64,000 bases of DNA from Fusobacteriia bacterium 4572_74 (GTDB lineage: Bacteria > Fusobacteriota > Fusobacteriia > Fusobacteriales > Fusobacteriaceae), in NCBI GenBank assembly GCA_002084825.1, contig NBMF01000009.1, positions 152 to 64,151 of the forward strand. Direction: 5' to 3'. Shown in pieces: positions 20,082 through 30,918 of the stretch. Each line of letters starts with the position of its first letter. The first letter of the stretch is position 1. Below the pieces are notes generated by a model. The model had not been told where the DNA came from. It was given only the letters and a program-made list of their open reading frames with translations, and made no database searches. Made by a program: the position numbers and the translations under genes.

Positions 20082-21381
20082 GAGAGTAGCTTTTTATACT
20101 TTAGGATGTAAAGTAAATCAATATGAGACTGAAAGTATAAAAAAACAGTTTTTAGAAGAGGGGTATGAAGAGGTTAGTTTTCAAGAAAAATCAGATTACT
20201 ATATAGTGAACTCATGTACTGTAACGAGTATAGCTGATAAAAAAACAAGGAATATATTGAGTCGTGCAAAGAAATCGAATAAAAATTCTGTAGTTATAAT
20301 AACAGGATGTTATGCTCAGACTGACGGTGAAAGTTTATTGGGAAAGGATTATATAGACTATGTTGTGGGAAATACTAATAAAACTGATATTTTGAAGTTG
20401 GTAAGATCAATAGATGAAAAAAAAGATATACAAAAAATAATTTCTCATAATATATTTGATGATCATGAATATTGTGAATTAGAATTTGCGACAATGAGAG
20501 AAATGAGTAGAGCCTATGTGAAAATTCAAGATGGGTGTAATGAATTTTGTTCTTATTGCAAGATCCCCTTTGCTAGAGGGAGAAGTAGAAGTAGAAAATT
20601 AAATAGTATCTTAACTGAGGTTGAGATATTAATTGGTGAAGGATATAAGGAAATTATATTAATTGGTATAAATATGGGTGTCTATGGTGAGGATTTAGAA
20701 GAAGGAAAAAACTTTGAAGACCTATTAGAAGCCGTGACTGAGATAGAAGGCGTAGAGAGAGTAAGACTTGGATCTATCTATCCAGACAAAATAAATGATA
20801 AATTTATAAATATTATGGTAAACAATTCTAAGATGATGCCACATCTGCATATTTCTCTTCAGTCATGTGATGATGAAATTTTAAAATTAATGAAGAGAAA
20901 ATATGGAACAGCACTTATAAAAGATAGATTATTAAGATTAAAAGAAAAGGTAAAAGACTTGGAATTTACAGCAGATGTGATTGTGGGATTCCCACAGGAA
21001 AAAGATGAAAATTTTAAAAATACTTATAATCTGATAAGTGAAATTGGGTTTTCAAATTTGCATATTTTTCCATATTCTGATCGAGAAAATACTGTGGCTA
21101 GTAAATTATCTGGTAAGGTAGATGGAAATACTAAGAAAAATAGAGCTAAAAAATTAGAAAGTCTAAGAAAAGAAATGGAACAATTATCAAAAGAAAATAA
21201 CAGTGGTAAAACAACAAAGGTATTGGTGGAAACTATAAAAGATGATTATGCTTATGGATATACAGAAAACTATAATAGAATAAAAATTGTAGATTCTGGA
21301 TATAAAGTAAGTGAGATAGTAGAAGTAGAAATATATTTAGAAGAGGGGAAGCTTTATGGCAAAGAGACAAAAAAAATCTAA
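20068..21381 (+). CDS. mtaB: tRNA methylthiotransferase MtaB
   Basis: TLGCKVNQYE, NSCTVT, QDGCNEFCSYC. Confidence 0.93.
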   Translation: MKFGKRVAFYTLGCKVNQYETESIKKQFLEEGYEEVSFQEKSDYYIVNSCTVTSIADKKTRNILSRAKKSNKNSVVIITGCYAQTDGESLLGKDYIDYVVGNTNKTDILKLVRSIDEKKDIQKIISHNIFDDHEYCELEFATMREMSRAYVKIQDGCNEFCSYCKIPFARGRSRSRKLNSILTEVEILIGEGYKEIILIGINMGVYGEDLEEGKNFEDLLEAVTEIEGVERVRLGSIYPDKINDKFINIMVNNSKMMPHLHISLQSCDDEILKLMKRKYGTALIKDRLLRLKEKVKDLEFTADVIVGFPQEKDENFKNTYNLISEIGFSNLHIFPYSDRENTVASKLSGKVDGNTKKNRAKKLESLRKEMEQLSKENNSGKTTKVLVETIKDDYAYGYTENYNRIKIVDSGYKVSEIVEVEIYLEEGKLYGKETKKI

Positions 21382-22324
21382 ATTGTTGAGTATCATAATA
21401 TTTCTTGTGATAACTTTAATGGGCTTATTGTATATGAATATTAACAGTAACAATAAAAGGATAATAGATATTCCAAGATATATGGTTATTGGGAAAGAAA
21501 ATGTATTCGTTGTATATGAAGATAAAATGTCTTTGAGTATACCCTTTGATATCCAGCTAGATGGGGAAAAAACCATAGCAGATTTGGACAGGGTAGGAAA
21601 CTATCGTGGGATTATGGATGGATTAAATGAATTACTTCCAGAAAAAGTGGATAGTTTTGAAGTGATAAAAAAAGGTGAAGTCAGATTAAATGTAGCTTAT
21701 AAATACAATGTTCCAGAAGTTGTGATAGAAGATAAGAGATATGTGTTGACCTCTAATTTGAATTCACTGTTCATGGAAAAATATTATAAATATAATGGCG
21801 AAAGTGCAGAAAATGTAATAGTAGATGTATTGAATGGTAATGGAAGATCTGGATATGCAGGCAGAACAGGAAAGAAAATAGAAAAAGCTCTTTCATATAA
21901 ATATAATGCCGCTAACTATGAAAGGGATAGTGAGTATAGTTATATAATTAATAAAGATTTGCAAATTTATCAAATAGAAAAATTAGTTATGAGTTTAGAT
22001 GAAAAATATATCAAGATAAAATCAGAATTAGATCTGCCAACTCTAGCTAATGCTGTGATAATTTTGGGAAAAGAAGAAAATATACAGACTAAAATTAATA
22101 TCCATGGTACAGATAAAGTAACTGTACCTGCTAAAAACATTTTGACAAAAGATGGGTATAAAAACATCTCTAAAGGAACTGAAAATGGTAATCTAACTGT
22201 GGTAGAATATAGATCAGAAGACTACTATATAGCTTATAAAATAGCTAAGAAATTAGGGATAAATAATATGGTAGAAAGTAACAGTGGGGAAAATAACATA
22301 ATAAATGTCTACATAAAAGAATAG
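21356..22324 (+). CDS. LytR C-terminal domain membrane protein
   Basis: N-terminal TM; VDVLNGNGRSGYA motif. Confidence 0.8.
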   Translation: MAKRQKKSKLLSIIIFLVITLMGLLYMNINSNNKRIIDIPRYMVIGKENVFVVYEDKMSLSIPFDIQLDGEKTIADLDRVGNYRGIMDGLNELLPEKVDSFEVIKKGEVRLNVAYKYNVPEVVIEDKRYVLTSNLNSLFMEKYYKYNGESAENVIVDVLNGNGRSGYAGRTGKKIEKALSYKYNAANYERDSEYSYIINKDLQIYQIEKLVMSLDEKYIKIKSELDLPTLANAVIILGKEENIQTKINIHGTDKVTVPAKNILTKDGYKNISKGTENGNLTVVEYRSEDYYIAYKIAKKLGINNMVESNSGENNIINVYIKE

Positions 22325-22332
22325 GGGGAACT

Positions 22333-22741
22333 ATGTTGGAAAAATTAGAAAAGATAGTGGAAGCTATTGAGAGTAAAAAGGGACAAGAATTAATAATCCT
22401 TGATTTTGAAGGTAAAAATTCTTTATGTGATTATGCTGTAATATGTACAGGATCGTCTAATAGAAATATAAGGGCTATCTCAGACTTTATGTGATTATGC
22501 TGTAATATGTACAGGATCGTCTAATAGAAATATAAGGGCTATCTCAGAGGAAGTAGAAGTTAAATTAATGGAATTGAATGAAAGAAGATTACACATAGAG
22601 GGACAAAATGAAGCCCATTGGATATTGATCGATGGAAATGATGTAATGATTCATGTTCTAGATCAAGAGACAAGAGATCTGTATAGATTGGAGGAGTTAT
22701 GGGGATATGCTAGTGTAATTTTCCCTAGATTAGATGCTTAA
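22333..22741 (+). pseudogene. rsfS: Ribosome silencing factor, frameshifted by a 64-bp tandem duplication
   Basis: KKGQE..DYAVICTGSSNR..AIS / EG..WILIDGNDVMIHV..R..YRLEELW. Confidence 0.92.
22421..22548 (+). repeat. Exact 64-bp tandem duplication
   Basis: ctttatgtga...atctcaga at 22421-22484 and 22485-22548. Confidence 0.97.
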
Positions 22742-23144
22742 TTTTTTTATTCTGATTTTAATCTTTTTAGAAAATTCTTTGGTAGTAACTTTTCCTTATA
22801 ATATAATAGCTCTGCCTTATTTAACATATTTAGCTTATAAAAGAGGTAAAAATGGAATATTTGAGGTTACATTGATTTGCATAATAATATCTAAGGATAA
22901 AAATGTTTTGATAGAACTATGGATTATTTTTGCGATTATATTTATGATAAGTTATTTTTTATCTAAGGTATTAGGATACGAAAAGATAAATATAATTTAT
23001 TATAGCTTGATACAATTTATCATTTACGGAGCATATTTATATATAAAATTGTCATATTTCCATTTCTATCAGATGGTAGTTATGTTTGGTGGATACCTGT
23101 TATTTAACTATAGTTTTATAAAAAAATCAAGGAAAAATATATGA
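22734..23144 (+). CDS. Hydrophobic membrane protein, MreD-like by position
   Basis: Several TM segments; translationally coupled to PBP2. Confidence 0.55.
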   Translation: MLNFFILILIFLENSLVVTFPYNIIALPYLTYLAYKRGKNGIFEVTLICIIISKDKNVLIELWIIFAIIFMISYFLSKVLGYEKINIIYYSLIQFIIYGAYLYIKLSYFHFYQMVVMFGGYLLFNYSFIKKSRKNI

Positions 23145-24928
23145 AATTAAAAAGGAAAATATTATCGGTAAAATTAAAAAAATCGGATAAAGGAAGGGGA
23201 AAAAACTTCCTGATAATAGTTGTAATAATATATAGTTTGATTTTTGCACGACTTTTTTTTATGCAGATAGTAAAAGTGGAAAAATATAAAAAAATGTCTA
23301 ATAAAAATAGTGTTAAAGTAAAGAGAATAAACGGTTATCGTGGCAAAATATACGATTCAGATGGGAAACTTTTAGTAAATAATGAAGCAGGATATAGATT
23401 AGTTTACTTAAATGGAAGAAAATATGATGAAAAAAAAATAAATGAGATGTCAAAACTTTTGGGATATAATAAAAAAGTAATAGAGAAGAGGATAAAGTAT
23501 GGAGAAATCTATAATTATACTCGAGAAAATGTTATTTTTGATGATATCTCTAAAGAAAAAGCTCATAAAATAATGGAAAAAAAATCGGACTATCCATATT
23601 TGGAAGTTCAAATTTATTCTAAAAGAAAATATCTTTATAATTCTTTAGGATCTCATATTTTGGGATATGTAAGAAATGTTTCCTCAGATGAATATGAAAA
23701 AATGAAAGACAGTGGCTATAAAAAAGATGATATAATAGGGAAACAAGGGATTGAAAAAAAATATGAACCATATCTCAGAGGAGAACATGGTTATAAATAT
23801 ATTGAAGTAAATGCACATAACAGATTTGTTAAAACTTTAGAAGAGAAAAAACCTAAAATAGGAGATGATATTTATCTTACTGTGGACTTTGATCTTCAAC
23901 AAAAAATAACGGATTATATGAATACAAAAAAAATGAAAGGAGCTTTCGTGGCTATAGAACCAAAAACAGGAAGGATAATAACCATGGTAAGTAATCCTGA
24001 GTATCCACTTAATACGATAATTTCTAGAATGACCACTAAAGAATGGAATAATATCATGTTTAATAAAGATAGACCTTTAGAAAATAGAGCCATAACAGGG
24101 AGATACCCACCAGGTTCAATATTTAAAATTTTATCAGCATTGGCTTTTTTGGAGGAAGGACTTAACCCTAAAGAAGAATTTTTTGATCCAGGATATTACC
24201 AAATAGGCAAGTGGAAGTGGAGAAGTTGGAAAAGAGGAGGACATGGGTATACAGACTTAGCTAAATCCTTGATAGAATCTGTAAACTATTATTACTACAG
24301 AGCAGCGGATAAATATGGAAGAAAGAAGATGCTAGAAGTAGCGGATGCTTTTGGAATAGGAAAAAACACAGGGATAGATATACCAGGGGAAAAACCAGGG
24401 CTCTTACCAGATAACGAATGGAAAAAAAGTAAATTAAAAGAACCTTGGTACACAGGGGATTCTATAAATTTATCTATAGGGCAGGGATACTTGTTGGTAA
24501 CCCCCCTTCAAATGGCAAAAGCTTATTCAATATTAGCTAATAAGGGGTATACTTATACTCCTCATTTAGTTGAAAAAATAGTAACTGAAGAAGGAAAAAT
24601 AAAGGAAATAAAAGGTAAGAGGGAGGAAGTAAAGTACAATAAAAGATATATGGAAGAGATTAAAGAAGCTTTGGTACAAACTGTAGAGGCTAAAGATGGG
24701 ACAGCAAAAAGATTGAGGACAAAAGGAGTAAGGGTGGCTGCTAAAACTGGGTCAGCTCAAAACTCAAAATATAAGAAACCACATTCTTGGGTTTCAGGAT
24801 ATTTTCCAGCTGATAAACCAGAAATAGCATTTACAGCTTTTATAGAGGGTGGAGGTTCTGGAGGTAAAGAAGCAGCTGAAGTAGCTAAAATCTTTATAGA
24901 TGCTTATTTAAAAAAAGAAAAAAATTAA
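23141..24928 (+). CDS. mrdA: Penicillin-binding protein 2
   Basis: RGKIYD, PPGSIFK (SxxK), SVN, KTG. Confidence 0.93.
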   Translation: MKLKRKILSVKLKKSDKGRGKNFLIIVVIIYSLIFARLFFMQIVKVEKYKKMSNKNSVKVKRINGYRGKIYDSDGKLLVNNEAGYRLVYLNGRKYDEKKINEMSKLLGYNKKVIEKRIKYGEIYNYTRENVIFDDISKEKAHKIMEKKSDYPYLEVQIYSKRKYLYNSLGSHILGYVRNVSSDEYEKMKDSGYKKDDIIGKQGIEKKYEPYLRGEHGYKYIEVNAHNRFVKTLEEKKPKIGDDIYLTVDFDLQQKITDYMNTKKMKGAFVAIEPKTGRIITMVSNPEYPLNTIISRMTTKEWNNIMFNKDRPLENRAITGRYPPGSIFKILSALAFLEEGLNPKEEFFDPGYYQIGKWKWRSWKRGGHGYTDLAKSLIESVNYYYYRAADKYGRKKMLEVADAFGIGKNTGIDIPGEKPGLLPDNEWKKSKLKEPWYTGDSINLSIGQGYLLVTPLQMAKAYSILANKGYTYTPHLVEKIVTEEGKIKEIKGKREEVKYNKRYMEEIKEALVQTVEAKDGTAKRLRTKGVRVAAKTGSAQNSKYKKPHSWVSGYFPADKPEIAFTAFIEGGGSGGKEAAEVAKIFIDAYLKKEKN

Positions 24929-25041
24929 TGAAAAAAATAAGAACAACATGAAGATTGTTCTTATTTTAAGAGAGTTATGTTATTGTTAAATTTTTAATGG
25001 AAGGTAAAGAAGCTTTCTCTTAAAAATTAAGGAGGAAAAAA

Positions 25042-26994
25042 ATGAATACAACGGAAAAGGTAGAGGTAAATCAATCTTTATCTGATAATCCTGTAAAAAG
25101 AGTCAAAAGTTTTTTTAAAAGACCTAAAAAAACTAATGTTGAGACTGTGGAAAAATCAGAAAAGCTAAAAAATCTAGAAAAATTAGAAAAACTAGAAACT
25201 GTAGAAATGAAAAAAGAGATAGTAGGTAAAGATTCAATAAATGATATAAAACATAGAAAAAAGGTTCATAAGGGGCCTAAAAAAATAGTTCCAAATGAAA
25301 ATGATAATCCTAAGCCCAATAAAAAAGAGGAAAAATTATTTGTTATACCTCTAGGTGGGTTAGATGAGATAGGGAAAAATACGACATTATTTCAATATAG
25401 AGATGAGATTGTAATAGTGGATGCGGGGATAGCATTTCCCGATGAAGCACTGCCTGGGATAGATGTAGTAATTCCTGATTATAGTTATATAGCAAGCAAT
25501 AAAGATAAGGTGAAAGCACTTTTAATCACTCATGGTCATGAGGATCATATTGGTGGGACGCCATATCTTTATAGAACTATAGATCATAATGTACCTATGT
25601 ATGGTGGGAAATTAGCATTAGCTCTAGCAAAATCAAAGTTTGAAAAATCATCTTTTGGTAACTTCACACCTAAGATGAAGGAAGCACATGGAAGAAGTAA
25701 GTTTAAGATCGGAAAATATTTTGAAGTAGAATTCCTAAGTGTAACTCATAGTATAGCAGATGCATATGCTATTTCTATAAAGACACCAGCTGCAAAAGTA
25801 CTTCATACAGGAGACTTTAAAATAGATTTGACACCAGTAGATGGTGAAGGGTTTGATTTTAGTGGATTTGCTAGATTGGGAGATGAAGGGATAGATCTTT
25901 TACTTTCAGACAGTACAAACGCGGAATTAGAGGGATATACTCCATCTGAAAAAAGTGTAGGAGAATCTATAAGAAAAGAGTTTGAAAAGGCAAAAGGAAG
26001 GGTAATTATAGCATCTTTTGCATCTCATATATATAGACTTCAGCAAATTGTAAATGAAGCCCATAGAGTTAATAGAAAGATAGCTGTAGAGGGAAGAAGT
26101 ATGGTAAAAGTCTTTGATATAGCTTCTAAATTAGGATATTTAAAGTTACCAGAGGGAATAATGGTAAGTCTAAAACAGATTGAAAAATTACCAGATGAGA
26201 AGGCTGTGCTACTGTGTACAGGAACCCAGGGAGAGCCGCTGGCAGCTCTGTCAAGAATTGCTAAAAATATGCATAAACATATTAAGATTAGAAAAGGCGA
26301 TACAGTAATAATATCTGCAACTCCAATCCCTGGAAATGAGAGAGCTGTTTATAACAATATAAATAGTTTGTTGAAAAATGATGCAGATGTTGTTTTCAAA
26401 AAAATAGCTGGTATCCATGTATCTGGACATGGAAGTCAAGATGAACAGAAGTTGATGTTAAACCTAGTAAGACCTAAAAACTTTATGCCTGTGCATGGGG
26501 ATTACAAAATGTTGATAGCCCATAAGAAAACAGGGATGGAAACAGGAATACCAGAAGATAGAATAATTATAGCTACAAATGGAAGTAGGGTAGAGGTAAC
26601 AAAATCTTATGCTAAATTAGCAGGGAAGGTAACTTCTGGAATTACATTAGTAGATGGATTGGGAGTAGGAGATATCGGTAAGGTAGTCCTTAGAGATAGA
26701 CAGCAGCTGGCTGAAGATGGTGTGGTAATAATAGTACTTACTATTGATAAAACAACTGGTAAATTATTAGCAGGTCCAGATATAGTTACTAGAGGATTTG
26801 TTTATTCTAAAGATGCAGATATCATGATTAATGAAGCTAAGGTAATTATCAGAGGGAAAATAGCCGCTCTAAAAGAAGAGGATGTTAAAAATTGGTCAAC
26901 ATTGAAAGGTATAACAAAAGATACAGCCAATAAATTTTTCTATGAAAAAATCAAGAGATCACCGATAATCTTACCAATAGTAATGGAAGTTTAA
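25042..26994 (+). CDS. rnj: Ribonuclease J with charged N-terminal extension
   Basis: PLGGLDEIGKN, THGHEDHIG, GTQGEP, HVSGH. Confidence 0.95.
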   Translation: MNTTEKVEVNQSLSDNPVKRVKSFFKRPKKTNVETVEKSEKLKNLEKLEKLETVEMKKEIVGKDSINDIKHRKKVHKGPKKIVPNENDNPKPNKKEEKLFVIPLGGLDEIGKNTTLFQYRDEIVIVDAGIAFPDEALPGIDVVIPDYSYIASNKDKVKALLITHGHEDHIGGTPYLYRTIDHNVPMYGGKLALALAKSKFEKSSFGNFTPKMKEAHGRSKFKIGKYFEVEFLSVTHSIADAYAISIKTPAAKVLHTGDFKIDLTPVDGEGFDFSGFARLGDEGIDLLLSDSTNAELEGYTPSEKSVGESIRKEFEKAKGRVIIASFASHIYRLQQIVNEAHRVNRKIAVEGRSMVKVFDIASKLGYLKLPEGIMVSLKQIEKLPDEKAVLLCTGTQGEPLAALSRIAKNMHKHIKIRKGDTVIISATPIPGNERAVYNNINSLLKNDADVVFKKIAGIHVSGHGSQDEQKLMLNLVRPKNFMPVHGDYKMLIAHKKTGMETGIPEDRIIIATNGSRVEVTKSYAKLAGKVTSGITLVDGLGVGDIGKVVLRDRQQLAEDGVVIIVLTIDKTTGKLLAGPDIVTRGFVYSKDADIMINEAKVIIRGKIAALKEEDVKNWSTLKGITKDTANKFFYEKIKRSPIILPIVMEV

Positions 26995-27069
26995 TAAAAA
27001 TTTTAAAATAAAAATATGTAAGGGTAGTATATTTTATTGCCCATTAATTAAAGTAGAGGACGGTAGAAG

Positions 27070-27375
27070 ATGAAATTAACGAGTAAAAAAAGAGCGTATT
27101 TAAGAAAAGCAGCACATGACATGTCACCATTAGTAAGAGTAGGAAAAGATGGATTTAGTGAAAATATAGTAACGAGTATACTAGATGCAATTGAAAAAAG
27201 AGAGTTAATTAAGGTAAAAATATTACAAAATTCTGAGGTAGACAAGAAAGAGTTAGCCGCTGAATTAGCTGAAAAAAGTGGTTGTGAAGTAGTGGGCATA
27301 ACAGGAAGAATCATAACTTTATACAAAGAAAATAAGGATCATCCAGTAGTATCTGAAGATCTTAGAAGAATATAA
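27070..27375 (+). CDS. yhbY: YhbY/CRM RNA-binding protein
   Basis: LTSKKRAYLR..AH, VGKDG, ELIKVK. Confidence 0.93.
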   Translation: MKLTSKKRAYLRKAAHDMSPLVRVGKDGFSENIVTSILDAIEKRELIKVKILQNSEVDKKELAAELAEKSGCEVVGITGRIITLYKENKDHPVVSEDLRRI

Positions 27376-27401
27376 TTAAAAAATTTAATTAGGGGTTTTA
27401 C

Positions 27402-29213
27402 ATGGATAAAAAAAAGCTGATAGAGGGGCTAATAATTAAATCTAATGAGATTAGAAAAATAATAATTGAAACAGTGAGTAAAAATGGTGGGCATATAGGT
27501 TCTAATTTAGGAGTTGTGGAGTTAACCTTGGCGGTTCACAATGTTTTTAACTCGCCTAAGGATAAAATATTATTTGATGTTGGACATCAATCTTATGTGC
27601 ATAAATTATTGACTGGGAGAAAAAATAAATTTTCTACCCTTCGTCAAAGACATGGGATAGGACCATTTACAGACAGGGCTGAATCTCCCCATGATCATTT
27701 TATATCTGGGCATGCAGGATCAGCTCTTTCAGCAGGATTTGGAATCGCAACAGCTGATAAGGAGAATAAGGTCATAGTAATTATAGGTGATGCATCTATA
27801 GCTAATGGCCATTCCTTGGAAGCGTTAAATAATATGGATGGAAGATGTGAAAACCTTATAGTTATTTTAAATGATAATGGGATGTCTATAGGAAACAATG
27901 TAGGAGCACTTTCAAAATTTTTTAGCCGTTTGATGGGAAGTAAATTTTATTTAGAATTTAAAAATGAAGTTGAAGGATTAGTTAGACGTGGAAAGATTGG
28001 AAATAAAATAGCTGATATAATCGGCAGAGTAGAACATGGAATAAAAACTATAGTTGCTCCTGCTAGTATCTCAGAATCTTTAGGGTTTAAATATATAGGA
28101 CCAGTAGATGGACATAGTTTTGAGGAGTTGTTACCGGCATTAGAAAAAGCTAAAAACCTAAAAGGGCCCATATTTTTACATATAAAAACCCATAAGGGGA
28201 AGGGATATCTTCCTGCAGAGAAAAATCCAGAAAAATTTCATGGTATATCACCTTTTAATATAGAAACAGGAAAAACTCCTAAAGGTGAACTATCTTATTC
28301 TAAAATATTTGGAGATAAATTAACAGATATGGCAAAGGATAATAATGATATCTATGCCCTCTGTTGTGGGATGGTAAAAGGAACCGGCTTATCTGATTAT
28401 TTTGATAAGTTCAAGGATAGATCCTATGATATGGGGATAGCTGAAGGGCATACAGTAACCTTTGCAGGTGGATTAGCTACTCAAGGGAAAATACCATATG
28501 TAGCAATCTACTCGACTTTCCTACAGCGTGCCTATGGTCAACTTATCCATGATATATCTATTCAAAACCTATCTGTAAACTTTATCTTAGATAGAGCAGG
28601 AATAGTAGGAGAGGATGGTAAAACTCATCAGGGATTATATGATATACCGTATCTGTTGACAGTGCCCAATATAAATATATTGGCTCCTACAACCAAAAAA
28701 GAACTGGAAGAAATATTGGAATTTTCATCTACTTATAAAAGTGGACCACTCAGTATCAGGATCCCCAGGGATAATGCTTGGGATTATAAATCTCCTGCAT
28801 TTGAATTTGGAAAATGGAAAGAGATTGAAAAAGGTAATGATACCCTGATATTAGCTGTTGGAAGTATGGTAAAAGAGATGGTAAATATTATGGATGGATT
28901 AAAAATTAGAGGTATATCTCCTACTATAGTAGGAGTGTCTAGTATTAGACCTTTAGATGAAAAATATATACAAGAAAATTTTAAAAAATATAAAAATATA
29001 ATAACGTTAGAAGAAGGTCGGATAAAAAGTGGCTTTGGAAGTTTTCTCTTGGAGATGACAAACTCTATGGATATCCACAAAAAAATATTTAGATTAGGGA
29101 TAGATTGTGATTTTGTACCTCATGGTAAAAGAGGAGAACTTTTAGAAGAATTTGGACTCAGGGGAAGATCTCTTGTGAATGATATTGAAAGGTGTGTAAA
29201 TGCAAAATATTAA
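27402..29213 (+). CDS. dxs: 1-deoxy-D-xylulose-5-phosphate synthase
   Basis: GGHIGSNLG, DVGHQSY, GPVDGH, IYSTFLQRA. Confidence 0.96.
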   Translation: MDKKKLIEGLIIKSNEIRKIIIETVSKNGGHIGSNLGVVELTLAVHNVFNSPKDKILFDVGHQSYVHKLLTGRKNKFSTLRQRHGIGPFTDRAESPHDHFISGHAGSALSAGFGIATADKENKVIVIIGDASIANGHSLEALNNMDGRCENLIVILNDNGMSIGNNVGALSKFFSRLMGSKFYLEFKNEVEGLVRRGKIGNKIADIIGRVEHGIKTIVAPASISESLGFKYIGPVDGHSFEELLPALEKAKNLKGPIFLHIKTHKGKGYLPAEKNPEKFHGISPFNIETGKTPKGELSYSKIFGDKLTDMAKDNNDIYALCCGMVKGTGLSDYFDKFKDRSYDMGIAEGHTVTFAGGLATQGKIPYVAIYSTFLQRAYGQLIHDISIQNLSVNFILDRAGIVGEDGKTHQGLYDIPYLLTVPNINILAPTTKKELEEILEFSSTYKSGPLSIRIPRDNAWDYKSPAFEFGKWKEIEKGNDTLILAVGSMVKEMVNIMDGLKIRGISPTIVGVSSIRPLDEKYIQENFKKYKNIITLEEGRIKSGFGSFLLEMTNSMDIHKKIFRLGIDCDFVPHGKRGELLEEFGLRGRSLVNDIERCVNAKY

Positions 29214-30033
29214 TAGAAAAGCAAAAAAATATATAGAAATATTGTTGGGATTTCCGATAATAGATCAACTGAAAGAAGTGGAAGATTTAGGAGTTTCAGT
29301 AACAGCTCATACCTATGATGTTTTAGAAATTGCCATAAGAGATCTAAAAAGATCTTATCGTAATTTAAAAAGAGCAGGAGAAGAATTGGATCTATTTGCG
29401 ATGTTTGTAGGAATAATAATTCATGATACTTCAAAAGCTAGTTTAAGAGTAGGGGGAGATTCTATCTTATCTCATAGTCAGGTGATGTTAAAAAAACCTG
29501 ATAGGATAAGAAAGGAAGCTGCAGGAATACTAAAGAAGATAGAAGAGGAAACTGGATTAATCTTGGATCCTAATACTGAGAGAAAGATAGTTCATATTGT
29601 TTTATCTCATCATGGTAGATGGGGAAGAGTTACTCCTAGTACCAAGGAAGCCCTTATGGTTCATAAAGCTGATGAATATTCTGCAAAATATCATAGGATA
29701 AATCCAATCGGTGCAGATAAAATAGTTGAATTAATGGCTAAAGGTCATAGTTTAGATGAGATTAAAGAAAAGCTCGACTGTACCAGTGGTATTATAAAAG
29801 ATAGACTTAAAAGAGCAAAGGTGGAGTTAAAATTAAAAACAAATAAACAGCTGCTTAATTATTATAACGCCAATAAAAAGATAGTTATCGGAGATGAGTT
29901 TTTTATAAAGAGGATTACCGAGACAAAGGAACTGATTAAAAAAGTCGATAAATTTGGATTTGAAACATTGGTAAAACAGTGTGAATTATTCAATCATTTT
30001 AATGATAATCAAATATTTGATAGGAATCTGTAG
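29200..30033 (+). CDS. HD-domain protein with LuxR-like HTH
   Basis: H..HDTSK..SHHG..AD; GHSLDEIKEKLDCTSGIIKDRLKR. Confidence 0.75.
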   Translation: MQNINRKAKKYIEILLGFPIIDQLKEVEDLGVSVTAHTYDVLEIAIRDLKRSYRNLKRAGEELDLFAMFVGIIIHDTSKASLRVGGDSILSHSQVMLKKPDRIRKEAAGILKKIEEETGLILDPNTERKIVHIVLSHHGRWGRVTPSTKEALMVHKADEYSAKYHRINPIGADKIVELMAKGHSLDEIKEKLDCTSGIIKDRLKRAKVELKLKTNKQLLNYYNANKKIVIGDEFFIKRITETKELIKKVDKFGFETLVKQCELFNHFNDNQIFDRNL

Positions 30034-30045
30034 AAGGAGTTGTAG

Positions 30046-30846
30046 ATGAAAGAGAGATTAGATGTACTTTTGGTACAACAAGGTTTTTTTGAGACAAGAG
30101 AAAGAGCTAAAAGAGCTATTATGGCAGGGGTTGTAATAGTAGATAATAAAAAAATAGAGAAAGCTGGTACTGCGATAAAATGGTTCGATGAACTTCCTGA
30201 AATTAGAATTAAAGGTGAAGTTTTAAAATATGTCAGTCGCGGAGGTCTAAAGTTAGAAAAAGCTATAAAGTTATGGAACCTTGATTTTTCAGGTAAAAAA
30301 ATATTGGATGTAGGAGCCTCTACAGGGGGATTCACAGATTGTGCACTGCAAAATGGTGCAGTTTTTGCCTATTCAATGGACGTAGGAACCAATCAATTAG
30401 ATTGGAAACTTCGTAACCATGAGCAGGTAAAATCTATCGAGGGGACACATATAAAAAATCTTACTTTAGAAGAAATTGATAATAGTGAAATAGATTTTAT
30501 TGTTATGGATGTATCTTTTATCTCTATAACTAAGGTAATTCCTCATCTGATTAAATTTATGAATAAAAATACTAAATTAATGGCTTTAATCAAGCCGCAA
30601 TTTGAGGTAGGACGTGAAAATATTGAAAAAGGTGGGATAGTAAAAAATCCTAAGAAGCATAAAATGGCCATAGAGATGGTAGTGGAAAGTGCAGCTGAAT
30701 ATGGATTGAAATTACATCAATTGGATTTTTCTCCTATAACAGGTGGGAAGGGAAATATAGAATATATCTCATTATTTTCATTGGTAGATGCTAAAAATAC
30801 TGTAGATATAGATAAAGTTGTAGAAGAGAGCAGAATATTAAAATAA
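30046..30846 (+). CDS. tlyA: TlyA rRNA 2'-O-methyltransferase
   Basis: S4 domain, YVSRGGLKL, DVGASTGGFTD, KPQFE. Confidence 0.95.
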   Translation: MKERLDVLLVQQGFFETRERAKRAIMAGVVIVDNKKIEKAGTAIKWFDELPEIRIKGEVLKYVSRGGLKLEKAIKLWNLDFSGKKILDVGASTGGFTDCALQNGAVFAYSMDVGTNQLDWKLRNHEQVKSIEGTHIKNLTLEEIDNSEIDFIVMDVSFISITKVIPHLIKFMNKNTKLMALIKPQFEVGRENIEKGGIVKNPKKHKMAIEMVVESAAEYGLKLHQLDFSPITGGKGNIEYISLFSLVDAKNTVDIDKVVEESRILK

Positions 30847-30918
30847 AGACCCTCTTTCATCTAGCATAGAATGTCTAAAGACAAGAGAGGGTAAAAAAGA
30901 AGAATAGAAGGAGCAAAT

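Noticed and set aside
22421-22548. Direct repeats as a possible CRISPR array (also 10411, 55468, 55641)
   Set aside because: Two adjacent copies with no spacers and no cas genes; these are simple tandem duplications.
25165-25200. LEKLEKLE 9-bp imperfect repeats in the rnj N-terminus
   Set aside because: Low-complexity disordered extension, degenerate and in frame.
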